From Felis catus (taxonomy: Eukaryota): 64,000 nucleotides of DNA. The notes beneath the pieces are model-generated. The model was not told the DNA's origin. It was given only the letters and a program-made list of their open reading frames with translations, and ran no database searches. The first letter of the stretch is position 1. Every line of letters starts with the position of its first letter. The stretch is from assembly GCF_018350175.1 (NCBI RefSeq), contig NC_058373.1:105898001-105962000 (forward strand), written 5' to 3'. Positions 63,310 through 64,000 of this stretch are shown here, piece after piece. Made by a program: the position numbers and the translations under genes.

Positions 63310-63878
63310 CGGTGGGTTCTCAAACTTGTTTGTTTTAGGGTTTTTGATCTTTTTTTTTTTTTTTTTTTTTACTCTTATAATTAATTTATTTTTTATAATT
63401 TACATCCAACTTAGCACATGGTGCAACAATGATTTCAGGAGTAGATTCCTTAAGCCCCTTACCCATTAAGCCCATCCCCCCTCCCACAACCCCTCCAGCA
63501 ACCCTCTGTTTGTTCTCTATATTTAAGAGTCTCTTATGTTTTATTTTCAAGGTTTTTGATCTTATGAAGTATTGAAGAACCCAGAGAAATTTGTGTAATG
63601 TATTAATTAGATTAGAATCAGAATTGAGAAACTTTAAAACTGTTCTTTCATTAAAAAAAATAATAATGAAACCTATTTTATGTTATCATCTGGATTGATG
63701 ACTTCATCATGAGTATTGAAAGTTTTGGAAAATTCCCCTGTGTACTTGTTGAGAGAATGAGAGAGAAATGGCAAATAACGTCTTGATATTATTATGAAAA
63801 CAGTTTTGAACTCATAAACACCCTGACAAGGCCTGAGGCTCTCCAGGCCTTCCCAAACCACACTTGAGAGAACCACTG
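63310..63878 (-). mobile_element. Charlie4a/MER80-like hAT element
   Basis: Ends GGTTCTCAAAC / GAGAACCACTG; reverse complement AAAACTGTTTTCATAATAAT...TTATTTGCC. Confidence 0.7.
63352..63550 (-). mobile_element. Short 5'-truncated young felid L1 3' end
   Basis: Poly(T) tail, L1 3'UTR and perfect TSD GGTTTTTGATCTT (63339, 63551). Confidence 0.88.
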
Positions 63879-64000
63879 GCCTAGTTAAAAGGAAAAAAAA
63901 AAGAAAAAAAAAAAAAAAAAAAGGTCAAAGATAATCCCTGTAGGACCTGCTAGACCACAAATAGCATTCTACTGAAAAGATACCCAGTCATCTGTTTTAC

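Larger units (their letters stand above)
45610..64000 (+). other. Intron 1 of the CpG-island gene (continues past window end)
   Basis: Starts with GTAAGG; repeat-rich; no recognisable coding exon. Confidence 0.75.

Overview
Mammalian genomic DNA from a felid, most likely the domestic cat or a close relative, judged from about 40 tRNA-derived CAN-SINEs including young cat-type (SINEC_Fc-like) copies. No convincing protein-coding exon is present. Positions ~1-44,600 are repeat-rich intergenic DNA: CAN-SINEs, a 5'-inverted carnivore L1, old L1M/L2/MIR, MaLR and MER21-like solo LTRs, and hAT and Tigger-type DNA transposons. A CpG-island promoter (~44.65-47.15 kb) carries GC boxes, two opposed ZNF143-type motifs and a + strand first exon ending at CAG|GTAAGG (45609). 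From memory, not a database search, this exon resembles the non-coding first exon of DAAM1, so the rest of the window would be its long first intron. I found no clearly new biological system. The best leads are a possible spliced divergent (- strand) transcript with orphan exon-like segments (one encoding a signal-peptide-like start), promoter motifs (RFX X-box, NBRE/DR1, uATG), and several informative retrotransposition and template-switching footprints. Repeat family names are recognised from memory, and repeat boundaries are approximate unless a TSD is given.
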